64,000 nucleotides of DNA from Rhodospirillales bacterium (GTDB lineage: Bacteria > Pseudomonadota > Alphaproteobacteria > Rhodospirillales > Defluviicoccaceae): assembly GCA_046348725.1 (NCBI GenBank), contig JAXMDR010000005.1, positions 3,272 to 67,271 on the forward strand, written 5' to 3'. Shown one piece after another: positions 1 through 10,030 of this stretch (within the stretch, counting starts at the first letter, position 1; every line of letters starts with the position of its first letter). The notes under the pieces were generated by a model. The model saw nothing but the letters and a program-made list of their open reading frames with translations. It made no database searches and was not told the DNA's origin. A program made the translations under genes and the position numbers.

Positions 1-689
1 ACGAGCAGTCGCGCTCGCCGAGGTGGACAACGTTGCCGTGGTTGTCGGCGAGCACCTGCACTTCGATGCCGCGGGCGCGCCAGGTACTTCTCCAGATAGA
101 GATCGCCGTTGCCGAACGCGGCCACCGCTTCCGCGCGCGCCGTTGCCATCGCCGCGGCGAGATCCTGCGGCGCGTGCACCACCTTCATCCCGCGGCCGCC
201 GCCGCCGGCCGCCGCCTTCACCAGCACCGGGTAGCCAACCTCGGCGGCGATCGGCGCGGCCTCGTCGGGGTCGGCGACGGGGCCGTCGGAGCCAGGCACC
301 ACCGGGATGCCGGCTGCCTTGCACGCCTGCTTCGCCGCCACCTTGTCGCCCATCAGCCGGATGTGCTCGGCGGTCGGGCCGATGAAGGCGATGCCGTGGT
401 CCTCCACCATCGCCGCGAAATCGGCGTTCTCGGAGAGGAAGCCGTAGCCGGGGTGGATGGCTTCGGCGTTGCTGATCAGCGCTGCGGTGAGGATCGCCAC
501 CTGATTGAGATAGCTCTCGGCGGCAGGTGGCGGGCCGATGCAGATGGACTCGTCGGCGAGCCTCACATGCATGGCGTCGGCATCGGCGGTTGAGTGCACC
601 GCGACCGAGCGGATGCCCATCTCGCGGCAGGCCCGCTGGATCCGAAGGGCGATTTCGCCGCGGTTGGCGATCAGAACCTTGTTGAACAC
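1..689 (-). CDS. accC: Acetyl-CoA carboxylase biotin carboxylase (partial, runs off window; frameshift near 67)
   Basis: Manual translation from GTG at 689: (M)[24 protein letters not shown]...[10 protein letters not shown]...[11 protein letters not shown]...HLGERDCS. About 2 nt are missing in the RHIE motif near 67. Lies downstream of accB. Confidence 0.93.
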   Translation of the reverse strand, partial: MFNKVLIANRGEIALRIQRACREMGIRSVAVHSTADADAMHVRLADESICIGPPPAAESYLNQVAILTAALISNAEAIHPGYGFLSENADFAAMVEDHGIAFIGPTAEHIRLMGDKVAAKQACKAAGIPVVPGSDGPVADPDEAAPIAAEVGYPVLVKAAAGGGGRGMKVVHAPQDLAAAMATARAEAVAAFGNGDLYLEKYLARPRHRSAGARRQPRQRCPPRRARLL

Positions 690-710
690 AGGAAGAGCCG
701 CTCCGGCCGA

Positions 711-1193
711 TCAGACGATCAGCAGCAGTGGCTCGCCATATTCGACGGGCGTACCACCGGTCACGAAAATCCGCTCGATCCGCCCGGCGCGATGCGCCTT
801 GATCGGATTGAACACCTTCATCGCCTCGATCAGCAGCACGGTATCGCCGGCGGTGACGGTATCTCCCGGTTTCACGAACGCCGGGGCCGAGGGTTCTGGC
901 GAGACATAGACGATGCCGACCATCGGCGACTTCAGCAGGCCGGGATGCTCGGCTGCCGCCTCCGCCTCGCTCTTGACGGCGATCTCACGATCGCTTCCCG
1001 CTGCCGCCGCTTCCACCGCATGCGCGGGCGGCGGGCCTGCCGCCGCCGCCGCCGTCCCTGGGGTGCGGGCAAGCCGCACCCGCCAGTCGTCACCCTCGTA
1101 TTCGATCTCGGTCAGACCCGCGGCGCACAGGACGTCGGCGAGCTGGCGGACGACGTCAACGTCGATGGCGGAGCGCTTCTTTGGTGAGGTCAT
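711..1193 (-). CDS. accB: Biotin carboxyl carrier protein
   Basis: KSPMVG and EAMKVFN biotinylation motif; aroQ-accB-accC order. Confidence 0.95.
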   Translation of the reverse strand: MTSPKKRSAIDVDVVRQLADVLCAAGLTEIEYEGDDWRVRLARTPGTAAAAAGPPPAHAVEAAAAGSDREIAVKSEAEAAAEHPGLLKSPMVGIVYVSPEPSAPAFVKPGDTVTAGDTVLLIEAMKVFNPIKAHRAGRIERIFVTGGTPVEYGEPLLLIV

Positions 1194-1199
1194 GAAAGG

Positions 1200-1670
1200 T
1201 CAACCCGCCGTCTGGTCGTGCTGCGGTGCCGTGCCGATCAGCCGGGCAGCCGCTTCCAGGGCTATCTCATAGCCGAAGCCGCCGAAGCCGCAAACAACCC
1301 CGTGTGCCGCGTGCGATATGTACGAGCGGTGGCGGAACGGCTCCCGGCGGAAGATGTTGGACAGATGCACCTCGATGACCAGCGCGTCGAACGCGGTCAG
1401 CGCGTCGAGCAGTGCAATCGAGGTGTGAGTGTAGGCGGCGGCGTTGATCAGGATGGCGGCATGGCTGGCGCGAGCCTGCTGGATCCAGCCCACCAGCTCG
1501 CCCTCGTGGTTGCTCTGGCGGAAGTCGATGGCGAGGCCGAGCGCGGCGCCGCGGCGCTCGCAGGCGGCTTCTATGTCGGCCAGGGTCGTCCGGCCATACA
1601 CCTCCGGCTCGCGCGTCCCCAGCAGGTTCAGGTTCGGGCCGTTGAGGATGAGAACCTTCGGAAGCATCAT
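1200..1670 (-). CDS. aroQ: Type II 3-dehydroquinate dehydratase
   Basis: [24 protein letters not shown] and [15 protein letters not shown] motifs. Confidence 0.96.
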   Translation of the reverse strand: MMLPKVLILNGPNLNLLGTREPEVYGRTTLADIEAACERRGAALGLAIDFRQSNHEGELVGWIQQARASHAAILINAAAYTHTSIALLDALTAFDALVIEVHLSNIFRREPFRHRSYISHAAHGVVCGFGGFGYEIALEAAARLIGTAPQHDQTAG

Positions 1671-1803
1671 CGCTGTCTGCCGCAAGAGCCCGGCTTATAG
1701 CACGGTGCCGGCCTTGTGTAACGCGAGTGCGAGAGTATGTTAACAGGATCGCTGCCGGCCTTGCGCCGCCGCACTGACCTCCATTGACGGACCGTTGTTG
1801 ACA

Positions 1804-2793
1804 ATGCACCTGACGATCAACGGTGAAGCTCGCAGCTTTCCGCAGCCGCTGACGGTGACGCAACTGCTCGACGACTGCGGCATCGATGCCCGCAAGGTGG
1901 CGGTCGAGTGCAACCTCGAGATCGTTCCGCGCTCGGGTTATGCCGAGGCACTGCTGCAGGACGGCGATCGCATCGAGATCGTGCATTTCATCGGCGGCGG
2001 TGCTCCCGATACGACGGCTCCGGCCGATGATCCGCTGGTGGTTGCCGGCGTCGCCTACCGCTCGCGGCTGCTGGTCGGCACAGGCAAATATAAGGACTTC
2101 GCCGAAACCGCACGGGCAATCGAGGCATCGGGGGCGGAGATCGTGACCGTCGCCGTGCGCCGGGTCAACGTCACCGACCGGAACCAGCCGATGCTGGTCG
2201 ATTATGTCGATCCGCGCCGCTACACCTACCTGCCCAACACCGCCGGCTGCTACAGCGCCGGCGACGCGGTACGCACCTTGCGGCTGGCGCGCGAGGCGGG
2301 GGGCTGGGACCTGGTGAAGCTGGAGGTCCTGGGCGACCAGAAGACGCTTTACCCGAACATGGTCGAAACGCTGGCGGCGGCGGAGACGCTGATCAAAGAA
2401 GGCTTCAAGGTGATGGTCTACTGCTCCGACGATCCGATCCTGGCCAAGCGCCTTGAGGATCTCGGCTGCGTTGCCATCATGCCGCTCGCCGCTCCCATCG
2501 GCTCCGGGCTCGGCGTGCAGAACCCCGTCGGCATCCGGCTGATCGTCGAGCAGGCGAAGGTGCCGGTGCTGGTCGATGCCGGCGTCGGCACCGCATCGGA
2601 TGCGGCGGTGGCGATGGAACTCGGCTGCGATGGCGTGCTCATGAACACGGCGATCGCCGAAGCCGGAGATCCGATCCGCATGGCGCGGGCGATGAAGCTG
2701 GCGGTCGAGGCCGGCCGCCTCGCGTATCTGGCCGGCCGCATGCCGAAAAAGCGCTACGCCGATCCGTCGTCGCCGCTGGCCGGCCTGATCTGA
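1804..2793 (+). CDS. thiG: Fused ThiS sulfur carrier / thiazole synthase ThiG
   Basis: N-terminal ThiS (INGE...[13 protein letters not shown]...[10 protein letters not shown]) fused to ThiG ([34 protein letters not shown]). Confidence 0.95.
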   Translation: MHLTINGEARSFPQPLTVTQLLDDCGIDARKVAVECNLEIVPRSGYAEALLQDGDRIEIVHFIGGGAPDTTAPADDPLVVAGVAYRSRLLVGTGKYKDFAETARAIEASGAEIVTVAVRRVNVTDRNQPMLVDYVDPRRYTYLPNTAGCYSAGDAVRTLRLAREAGGWDLVKLEVLGDQKTLYPNMVETLAAAETLIKEGFKVMVYCSDDPILAKRLEDLGCVAIMPLAAPIGSGLGVQNPVGIRLIVEQAKVPVLVDAGVGTASDAAVAMELGCDGVLMNTAIAEAGDPIRMARAMKLAVEAGRLAYLAGRMPKKRYADPSSPLAGLI

Positions 2794-2836
2794 GCCGCGG
2801 CAGCGCGTCGGCTGCCCGATTAGCCGCCGCCGGTGC

Positions 2837-2853
2837 TGCGCAAGAATGGTGCA
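2837..2853 (+). promoter_or_regulatory. Putative NtrC binding site
   Basis: TGCGCAAGAATGGTGCA matches TGCACCAAAATGGTGCA at 14/17. A weaker TGC-N11-GCA site lies at 2866-2882. About 140 bp upstream of a sigma54 motif. Confidence 0.65.
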
Positions 2854-2991
2854 GCGGCGTGGTTTTGCTGCTCATCTAGGCAATGGTTCGGAAGGCGACA
2901 AACACCGGTGGACCCCGCTAGCCTGGTTAGGCAGTTCGTCTCGCTTGCACCTTGCCCTGTCTGCGGATGGTAGTCAGTATGGGCATCCCGC

Positions 2992-3007
2992 TGGCACGGG
3001 GTTTGCT
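2992..3007 (+). promoter_or_regulatory. Sigma54 (-24/-12) promoter
   Basis: TGGCACGGGGTTTGCT with exact GG-N10-GC spacing, about 40 bp upstream of ATG 3049. Confidence 0.8.
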
Positions 3008-3048
3008 CTAAAGCGGCCAACGAGAGCTCGAGGGTCGGCCTGAAAACC

Positions 3049-4470
3049 ATGAAATTCGGTGATGCGTTCGACGAGATGCACGGCCTGCAGCACGATGGCG
3101 TGCGCAAGGCCTATCGCACCTATCAGGAGTGGCTGGATGCGACAGCCCATACCCGGCTGCTGGAAAAGCACCAGCAGGCCGACCTGATCTTCCGCCGGCT
3201 GGGCATCACCTTCTCCGTCTACGGCAGCGAGGAGGGTGTCGAGCGGCTGATCCCCTTCGACGTCATCCCGCGCATCCTCGATGCCGAGGAGTGGAAGACG
3301 GTCGGCACCGGTGTCTGCCAGCGCATCCGCGCCATCAATGCCTTCCTCGACGACATCTACCACGAGCAGCACATCCTCAAGGCCGGCCGCATCCCGTCGG
3401 CGCTGGTTCTGAACAATCCCGGCTTCCGTCCGGAGGTTCTCGGCCTCGATCTGCCGCGCGGCGTCTACGTCCACATCGCCGGCGTCGACGTCGTCCGCGT
3501 GTCGGCGGAGGACTTCTACGTGCTGGAGGACAACGCCCGCGTCCCCTCCGGCGTCTCCTACATGCTGGAGAACCGGGAAACGATGATGAAGCTGTTCCCG
3601 GAGCTGTTCGCCCAGCATTCGGTGGCGCCGGTGAACCACTACCCGGAGGTTCTGCTGCGCACCCTGCGCTCGGTGGCGCCGCCCGGCATCATCGATCCGA
3701 CGGTGGTCGTGCTCACCCCTGGCCATTTCAACAGCGCCTACTTCGAGCACGCCTTCCTTTCCATGCAGATGGGGGTTGAGCTGGTCGAGGGGCAGGACCT
3801 GTTCGTCGAAGACGATACGGTTTTCATGCGCACCACCAGCGGCCCACGCCGCGTCGACGTGATCTACCGGCGCATTGACGACGACTTCATCGATCCGTTG
3901 TCATTTGATCCGCACTCGATGCTGGGTGTTCCCGGGCTGCTGTCGGTGGTGCGCAACGGCCGCGTGACGCTGGCCAACGCCATCGGCACCGGCGTCGCCG
4001 ACGACAAGGCGATCTACTGCTTCGTGCCGGACATGATCGAGTTCTATCTGGGCGAGAAGCCCATACTGAAGAACGTGCCGACCTTCCGCTGCGCCGTGTC
4101 TGATGATTGCGCCTACGTCGTCGATCATCTGGATGAACTGGTGGTCAAGGAGGTGGGCGGCTCCGGCGGCTACGGCATGCTGGTCGGCCCGATGAGCACC
4201 AACGAGCAGCGCAACGACTTCCGCCAGAAGGTTCTCGCCGATCCGGACAACTTCATCGCCCAGCCGACGCTCAAGCTGTCCACCGTACCGACGCTGGTGG
4301 AGGGTCACATCGCGCCCCGCCACGTCGACCTGCGGCCATACGTGCTGACCGGCGAGACGACGCAAGTGGTGCCGGGCGGGCTGACCCGCGTCGCCTTGCG
4401 CGACGGCTCGCTGGTGGTCAACTCGTCGCAGGGCGGCGGTACCAAGGACACCTGGGTGTTGGAGGCCTGA
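3049..4470 (+). CDS. Circularly permuted type 2 ATP-grasp protein
   Basis: ERLIPFDVIPR, VLEDNARVPSGVSYMLENR, TPGHFNSAYFEH, VNSSQGGGTKDTWV. Confidence 0.93.
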   Translation: MKFGDAFDEMHGLQHDGVRKAYRTYQEWLDATAHTRLLEKHQQADLIFRRLGITFSVYGSEEGVERLIPFDVIPRILDAEEWKTVGTGVCQRIRAINAFLDDIYHEQHILKAGRIPSALVLNNPGFRPEVLGLDLPRGVYVHIAGVDVVRVSAEDFYVLEDNARVPSGVSYMLENRETMMKLFPELFAQHSVAPVNHYPEVLLRTLRSVAPPGIIDPTVVVLTPGHFNSAYFEHAFLSMQMGVELVEGQDLFVEDDTVFMRTTSGPRRVDVIYRRIDDDFIDPLSFDPHSMLGVPGLLSVVRNGRVTLANAIGTGVADDKAIYCFVPDMIEFYLGEKPILKNVPTFRCAVSDDCAYVVDHLDELVVKEVGGSGGYGMLVGPMSTNEQRNDFRQKVLADPDNFIAQPTLKLSTVPTLVEGHIAPRHVDLRPYVLTGETTQVVPGGLTRVALRDGSLVVNSSQGGGTKDTWVLEA

Positions 4471-4474
4471 GGCG

Positions 4475-5407
4475 ATGCTCGGGCGGACCGCCAACAACGT
4501 CTACTGGATGGCGCGGTATGTGGAACGCGCCGAAAACCTGGCCCGGCTGCTGGCCAGCACCTATCACATGTCGCTGATGCCGGTGGCGAGCGGCAATGAC
4601 GCCCAGCAATGGGAGGCACCACTGCAGCTCGCCGGCGACCGGGAGGATTTCGTCTGCCGGTTCGGCGAGATCACACCCGGCAACGTGCTGGCCTACATGG
4701 TGCTCGACGCCGACAACGTCTCCAGCATCCGCTCGTCGATCATGCTCGCCCGCGAGAACGCCCGGGCAACGCGGCCGGAGCTGACCACCGAGGTATGGGA
4801 GGGGATCAACCAGACCTACCTCGAGCTGGAGACGATGTCGTATCCGAAGATGGTGGATCAGGGCTTCCGCGAGTTCTTCGACTGGGTGAAGGAGCGCTCG
4901 CACCTGTTCCGCGGCGCCATCTACGGGACGATGCGGCGCGGCGACGCCTTCACCTTCTCGCGGCTCGGCACCTTCATGGAGCGGGCCGACAACACCGCCC
5001 GCTTCCTCGCGGTGAAGTGGGACATGCTGTCGACCGGCGGCAGGCCGATGGCCGCCGAGGATTATTACCGCTGGGGCGCGCTGCTGCGGGCGTTCAGCGC
5101 CTTCAAGGCCTACCGCGAGGTCTACTCCGGCATCATCGAGCCGCGGCGCGTCGCCGAGTTGCTGGTGCTCCGCCGCGACATGCCCCGCTCGCTGTTCGCC
5201 TGCACCGCCGAGGTCAACGAGATCCTGGTGCATCTGCGGGAGAACGCCGCCTGCACGCGGCTTTCCGGGCAGATCAACGAGCGGCTGCAGCGCAACCGCA
5301 TCGACGGCATTCTGCGTTCCGGCCTCCCCCGCTTCCTCAACGGCTTCATCGCCCGCAACAACGAGCTGCACGGGATGATCGGCCAGGAATTCATGTTGGT
5401 GCTATGA
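4475..5407 (+). CDS. Alpha-E domain protein (DUF403)
   Basis: MLGRTANNVYWMARYVERAEN, ARENAR and ERADNTAR ER motifs; follows the ATP-grasp gene. Confidence 0.92.
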   Translation: MLGRTANNVYWMARYVERAENLARLLASTYHMSLMPVASGNDAQQWEAPLQLAGDREDFVCRFGEITPGNVLAYMVLDADNVSSIRSSIMLARENARATRPELTTEVWEGINQTYLELETMSYPKMVDQGFREFFDWVKERSHLFRGAIYGTMRRGDAFTFSRLGTFMERADNTARFLAVKWDMLSTGGRPMAAEDYYRWGALLRAFSAFKAYREVYSGIIEPRRVAELLVLRRDMPRSLFACTAEVNEILVHLRENAACTRLSGQINERLQRNRIDGILRSGLPRFLNGFIARNNELHGMIGQEFMLVL

Positions 5408-6279
5408 GACTGACCATCGAGCACGAGACCCATTACCGCTTCGGCGAGCCGGCGCATCACAGCATCCAGTACCTGCGGCTGACGCCCCGCAACGATTCCT
5501 CGCAGTCCGCCATCAACTGGTCGGTCAACACCCCCGGCAAGATGAAGCGCTGGACCGACGGCTTCGGCAACATCGCCCATGTCTCGGTGCAGAACGGCGT
5601 GCATGACGAGTTGGCGGTGTCGGTCCGCGGCGAGGTCGAGACGTTCGATACCTGCGGGATGCTTCCCGCCGACGACGGCCTGCCGCCGCTGATGTTCAGC
5701 CGGCCGACGACGTTTACCGAGGTGACGCCGACGATCGCCGATTTTGCCGCGCCGTTTCGCGAGCGCATCGCCGATGAAGGCGCCATCGCCGCGCTGCACG
5801 CGCTGATGCTGGGCCTGCATACCGGCATCACCTACACCAAGGGCTTCACCGACGTGACGACGACGGCGGGGGAAGCGATGGAGCGCGGCGCCGGTGTCTG
5901 CCAGGACCATGCCCACCTGTTCATCGCCTGCGCCCGCGTGCTCGGCGTCCCCGCCCGCTATGTCAGCGGCTACATGTACTGCCAGCCGGCGGACGGTGAG
6001 CCGCAGTCGCTCGCCAGCCATGCCTGGGCGGAAGCCTATATCGACGAGAAGGTGGGCTGGGTGTCGTTCGATTCCGCCAACAGCCGCAGCGCCACCGACG
6101 CCTACGTGCGGCTCGCCGTCGCCTTCGATTATGCCGGCGCGGCGCCGATCCGCGGCATCCGCAAGGGCGGCGGCGTCGAGGACATGAACGTGCGCGTCGC
6201 CGTGGTCGAGGAACCCGTCTTCCAGTCGCAGACCCAGGGTGCCGGCGGCCAGAGCCAGCAGCAGCGCTCCCCCTTCTAG
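5404..6279 (+). CDS. Transglutaminase-like protein
   Basis: MRLTIEHETHYRF N-terminus; GVCQDHAH, ARYVSGY, SHAWAE, FD catalytic triad motifs; ATGA overlap with alpha-E gene. Confidence 0.92.
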   Translation: MRLTIEHETHYRFGEPAHHSIQYLRLTPRNDSSQSAINWSVNTPGKMKRWTDGFGNIAHVSVQNGVHDELAVSVRGEVETFDTCGMLPADDGLPPLMFSRPTTFTEVTPTIADFAAPFRERIADEGAIAALHALMLGLHTGITYTKGFTDVTTTAGEAMERGAGVCQDHAHLFIACARVLGVPARYVSGYMYCQPADGEPQSLASHAWAEAYIDEKVGWVSFDSANSRSATDAYVRLAVAFDYAGAAPIRGIRKGGGVEDMNVRVAVVEEPVFQSQTQGAGGQSQQQRSPF

Positions 6280-6307
6280 CCGCCGGCCCCGCCCGCTACC
6301 CCATGCG

Positions 6308-6495
6308 CCGCGTAGGGTGGCGGTGAGCGCAGCGAACCCCACCATGACCGCCGCCGACGGGAGGGGGATGCGCCCCCGTCGTGCACCTCGCCCCGCGTAG
6401 GGTGGCGGTGAGCGCAGCGAACCCCACCATGAGCACCGCCGGCGGCGAGAGCGTGTGTCCGTGGTGCACTTCGCTTCGCTCAGTGTCACCCTACG
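6308..6495. repeat. GTAG-type REP cluster (two direct copies and one inverted copy)
   Basis: Identical 40-bp copies CCGCGTAGGGTGGCGGTGAGCGCAGCGAACCCCACCATGA at 6308-6347 and 6393-6432. A diverged inverted copy at 6463-6495 (reverse complement CGTAGGGTGACACTGAGCGAAGCGAAGTGCACC). Lies between convergent genes. Confidence 0.8.
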
Positions 6496-6503
6496 GGCCG
6501 CGG

Positions 6504-8804
6504 CTACTTCTCCTGCACCGCGTCCAGCCGCGCCTGCAGCACCGACCAATCGTTCCTCCAATCCACATTGCCGGGATCGAGAGCAAGGAGGCGCTGATTA
6601 CGCTCGGCGGCCTCGCGGTAGTATGCCAAGGCAGCAGACCGTTCGCCGCTACTTTCGGACAGCCAGCCCACCTTGAACAGCGACACACACACGTCGCGCG
6701 CCCACCCGGCGTTGCCGGGATCGGCCGCCGCCAGCCGCCGGGCGATGCCGAGGCCCTCCTCGTAGGCCTGCAGCGCCCCGGCGCGGTCGCCCTCCGCCAC
6801 CCGCACATCACCGACCCTGCTTAGGCTGATCGAGAGGTTGCGTGCCCATCCCGTATTTTGGGGATCGGCCGCTGTTATTCGCCGGGCGATTGTCAAACCT
6901 TCCTCATAGGCCTGTAGCGCACCGGCAGGCCTGCCTTCCGCAAACCGTATGTCGCCGATGCGAGCCAGGCTCGCCCAGGCGTCGTCTGCCCAGCCGCCGA
7001 CATTGGCAGGATCGATGACTGCCAGCCGCCGTGCGATACCGAGGCTTTCCTCATACGCCTGTAGCGCGCCGGCGCGGTTACCTTCAGCCATCCGTACATC
7101 GCCGATGCGACCCACGCTGAGCGTAACGTCGCGCGCCCAATCGACATTCCTAGGATCGGTCGCCGCCAGCCGTCGGCCAATCCCCAGACTCTCCTCGTAA
7201 GCGTGCAACGCTTCGGCGCGGTTACCTTGAGCCATCCATACATCGCCGATGCGAACCAAGCTCGACGAAACGTCGCGCGCCTGCTCCAAATTGCTCGCGT
7301 CCGCTGCCGCCAGCCGCCGGGCGATTCCCAGACCCTCCTCGTACGCCTGCAGCGCCCCGGCGCGGTCGCCCACCGCCATCCGCACATCACCAACCTTGTC
7401 GAGGCCGACCGAAACGTCGCGCGCCCACCCGGCGTTGCCGGGATCGGCCACCGCCAGATGCCTCCGGATTCCCAGGGCCTCTTCATAAGCCTGCAGCGTA
7501 CCAGCGCGGTCACCAACTGCCATTCGCATATCACCGACCCTGTTGAGGATGACCCCAATGTCGCGTGCCCATTTTGAATTGTCGGGATTGGCTGCCGCCA
7601 CCCGCCGAGCGATCTCCAGGGCCTCCTCATACGCCTGCATCGCGCCAACGCGGTCGCCCTCCACTACGCGCACATCACCTATGCTGCTAAGGCTGATCGT
7701 AATGTCGCGTGCCCACTCTAAGTTGTCGGGATAGACTGCCGACAGCTGCCTTCGGATTTGGATGCCTTCCTCAAAAGCCTGCAGCGCGCCAATGTGGTTG
7801 CCTCCCGCCAATAAGGCGTTGCCAAATTCATCCAGGGCGAGCGACCGCGGTCTAGCGTGCTCTGCTGAGGACCCTAAGCGGGCTTCCAATTGGGTGAAGA
7901 GGTCGCAGGCGCGCGCAGCTGCCTCGGTCGCACTCTTTAGATCGCCGACGCTCCTATAGTAGCGAGCGAACTGGGTGAGAAGATTGCCTTGTTCCTCCAG
8001 CAGTCGCGGATTATTGGGGGCAACGGCTACGACGCCGGTGATCATCGCATCGGCCGTGCTTAGCAATGACTTAGCCAATGTGGTGGGAACTGCACCGCTT
8101 ACCGATCCTGCCGCCACTTGGTCGACAATGCTTGCGACGCCCTTGACTGCAACAAGCACCGCCGCTTCGGCGGCACCGGCCCGCTCGACGGCGCGCCAGG
8201 CGCTGATGCCGGCGACGATGGCCAGCAGGGCGAACAGAGCGGCGAGAGCGGCGTTGCGGCGGGCGCGCGCCCGCGCCCGGGCGATCTCGCGGTCCTTCAG
8301 CTCGCCGAAGCCGAGGCCGAGGATCCCGGCGATCACCTTCAGCGGGCCGTCTGTCCAGCCGTCGCCCTGCGGGCGCAGGTCGGTGGCGAGCGGCATGCCG
8401 CCCTCACCTTCGTGCAGCGCCGCGGGAAAGGCCTCCGCCGGCTCGCCGTCGACGAGGGCGGCGTGGATGCGCTCGCCGCGGCCGGAGCCGCGGAACATCC
8501 GGATCTCTTCGTTCACCCAGCGGCTCGCCACTGCCGCCGGGCTGCACACCACCACCAGATGATCCGAGGCGGCAAGCGCCCCTTCCAGCCGCCCCGCCAG
8601 CGCCGGTGAGGCCGACAGCTCCTCGCGGTCGCGGAACACCGGATAGAGCCGGGCCGGCACCGGCCCGAACGGCGTTTCGCGGCCGATCAGCGCCTTCGGC
8701 GGGCGGTAGCCGTCGAGGTGCCTGAACAGCCGGTCGCCCGCTGCCCGGTCCTGATGCGAATAGCTGATAAAGGCGCAATAGCGCCGCGCCGCTGCCCCCG
8801 CCAT
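6504..8804 (-). CDS. TIR domain - transmembrane helix - TPR repeat protein
   Basis: TIR motifs AFISYSHQD...VFRDREEL...LVVVCSPAAVASRWVNEEI; hydrophobic helix AALAALFALLAIVAGISAW; about 9 repeats of ~48 aa (DPxNxxWARD...GD...ALQAYEE). Start may be 8831. Confidence 0.85.
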   Translation of the reverse strand: MAGAAARRYCAFISYSHQDRAAGDRLFRHLDGYRPPKALIGRETPFGPVPARLYPVFRDREELSASPALAGRLEGALAASDHLVVVCSPAAVASRWVNEEIRMFRGSGRGERIHAALVDGEPAEAFPAALHEGEGGMPLATDLRPQGDGWTDGPLKVIAGILGLGFGELKDREIARARARARRNAALAALFALLAIVAGISAWRAVERAGAAEAAVLVAVKGVASIVDQVAAGSVSGAVPTTLAKSLLSTADAMITGVVAVAPNNPRLLEEQGNLLTQFARYYRSVGDLKSATEAAARACDLFTQLEARLGSSAEHARPRSLALDEFGNALLAGGNHIGALQAFEEGIQIRRQLSAVYPDNLEWARDITISLSSIGDVRVVEGDRVGAMQAYEEALEIARRVAAANPDNSKWARDIGVILNRVGDMRMAVGDRAGTLQAYEEALGIRRHLAVADPGNAGWARDVSVGLDKVGDVRMAVGDRAGALQAYEEGLGIARRLAAADASNLEQARDVSSSLVRIGDVWMAQGNRAEALHAYEESLGIGRRLAATDPRNVDWARDVTLSVGRIGDVRMAEGNRAGALQAYEESLGIARRLAVIDPANVGGWADDAWASLARIGDIRFAEGRPAGALQAYEEGLTIARRITAADPQNTGWARNLSISLSRVGDVRVAEGDRAGALQAYEEGLGIARRLAAADPGNAGWARDVCVSLFKVGWLSESSGERSAALAYYREAAERNQRLLALDPGNVDWRNDWSVLQARLDAVQEK

Positions 8805-8919
8805 CGCGACTTCCCGCCCTTTTCTGGGCACAAATGTACCCGATCAGCGCCGGCTCGGCATCAACTTAAGAATGGGAGGCAGAGGCGGCGCATCCGTCAT
8901 GCCTACTCCCTCAGACGTA

Positions 8920-9970
8920 CCGTCATGGCCGGGCTTGTCCCACTGTTGTCTGGTTCGGCTGTCAGTTCCATTGGAGCACCCATTGATCTGGGTTGCGGAT
9001 TTGTGGTGGCTCGGGTTCGAGCAGGCAGTCGATGCGGCGGCGGTGCATCAGGTTGGCGCGGACCAGCCTGGCGAAGGCGAGCGGGCTGTGCACGGTTTCC
9101 TGGTTGGCTTGGGCCATCCGCAGCAGCAGGAAGGCGATCAGGGCGACGGCGATCTGAATGCGCACGGCGTTTTCGCTGGTGCCGAGGAAATGGCGGATCT
9201 TCAGCGTCTGCTTGACCCAACGGAAGAACAACTCAATTGCCCAGCGCCGCTTGTAGAGGTCGGCGATCTCCTGGGCCGTGGCATCGAGGTCGTTGGACAG
9301 AATGCGCAGCACCTTGCCGGTCTGGATGCGGACGCGGATCTCGCGCACCGGATCGCCGAACGGGTTCTTGCGGCTTGCCGCCTGCCGCGCCGGCAGCAGG
9401 CCTGTGCGGTCGGAGAGGATGTCGCCGTCCTTGGGCACGTCGCGTTCCGCCGTCATGCTCAGCGGGGTGTTGGCCTTGAAGCGGGTGACGATGCGGCATC
9501 CGGCGGCGTCCATCTTCGCCCACCAGCGGTAATCGTAATAGCCGAGGTCGAAGACGTCGGTGGCGCCCGCCTCGATCGGCATCGCCTGGGCGGCGGTGAT
9601 GTCGTTGACCTTGGCGGCGGTGACCGCGGCATGGTAGAGCCGCACCGCATGGCTCGCCAGCCCGCCGACGATCTCGCGAAGGCTGGCCGCTCCGGAAAGT
9701 TGCCCATAGAGCAGGGCGATGAACTGACCCTTCGTCGGCAGATGCCGCACCCGCCGGTCCGCCTTGTGCGCCGCCACCAGCCGATCAAACTCGGCCCACG
9801 GAACCCGCTTCAGGATATCGTGAAACACGCTATTCTTATGCCGCACGGTGTTTGCTCCGCCTTCGTGTCCGATAACGTCGCCAACGCTCGAACACGAGTA
9901 GAATCAACACCGTGCACCTTGTCTACCAAATCCCAACCGGACAGCCGTGTGACAAGCACGGCCATGACGG
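8920..9970. repeat. Palindromic alphaproteobacterial REP-like repeat arms flanking the IS4
   Basis: 8920-8940 CCGTCATGGCCGGGCTTGTCC and 9950-9970 (reverse complement CCGTCATGGCCGTGCTTGTCA) match at 19/21 as inverted arms. Confidence 0.7.
8941..9949 (-). mobile_element. IS4-family insertion sequence with internally shortened transposase (CDS 8962-9846)
   Basis: Imperfect TIRs CACTGTTGTCTGGTT (8941-8955) and AACCGGACAGCCGTG (9935-9949). DUF4372-like N-terminus, VFDLGYYDY, and the IS4 YREK motif LYKRRWAIELFFRWVKQ. Only 294 aa; RLYH joins directly to AAVTAAKVND. Confidence 0.88.
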
Positions 9971-10030
9971 AGTGGTCAGGCGACAGCGGCCGGCTCTGGA
10001 AGCCGCTGCCGCGTTGGTGTGAGGGCGACG

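Noticed and set aside
6308-6432. Two identical 40-bp repeats as a mini CRISPR array
   Set aside because: Only two direct copies, a GTAG-REP structure with an inverted third copy, and no cas genes
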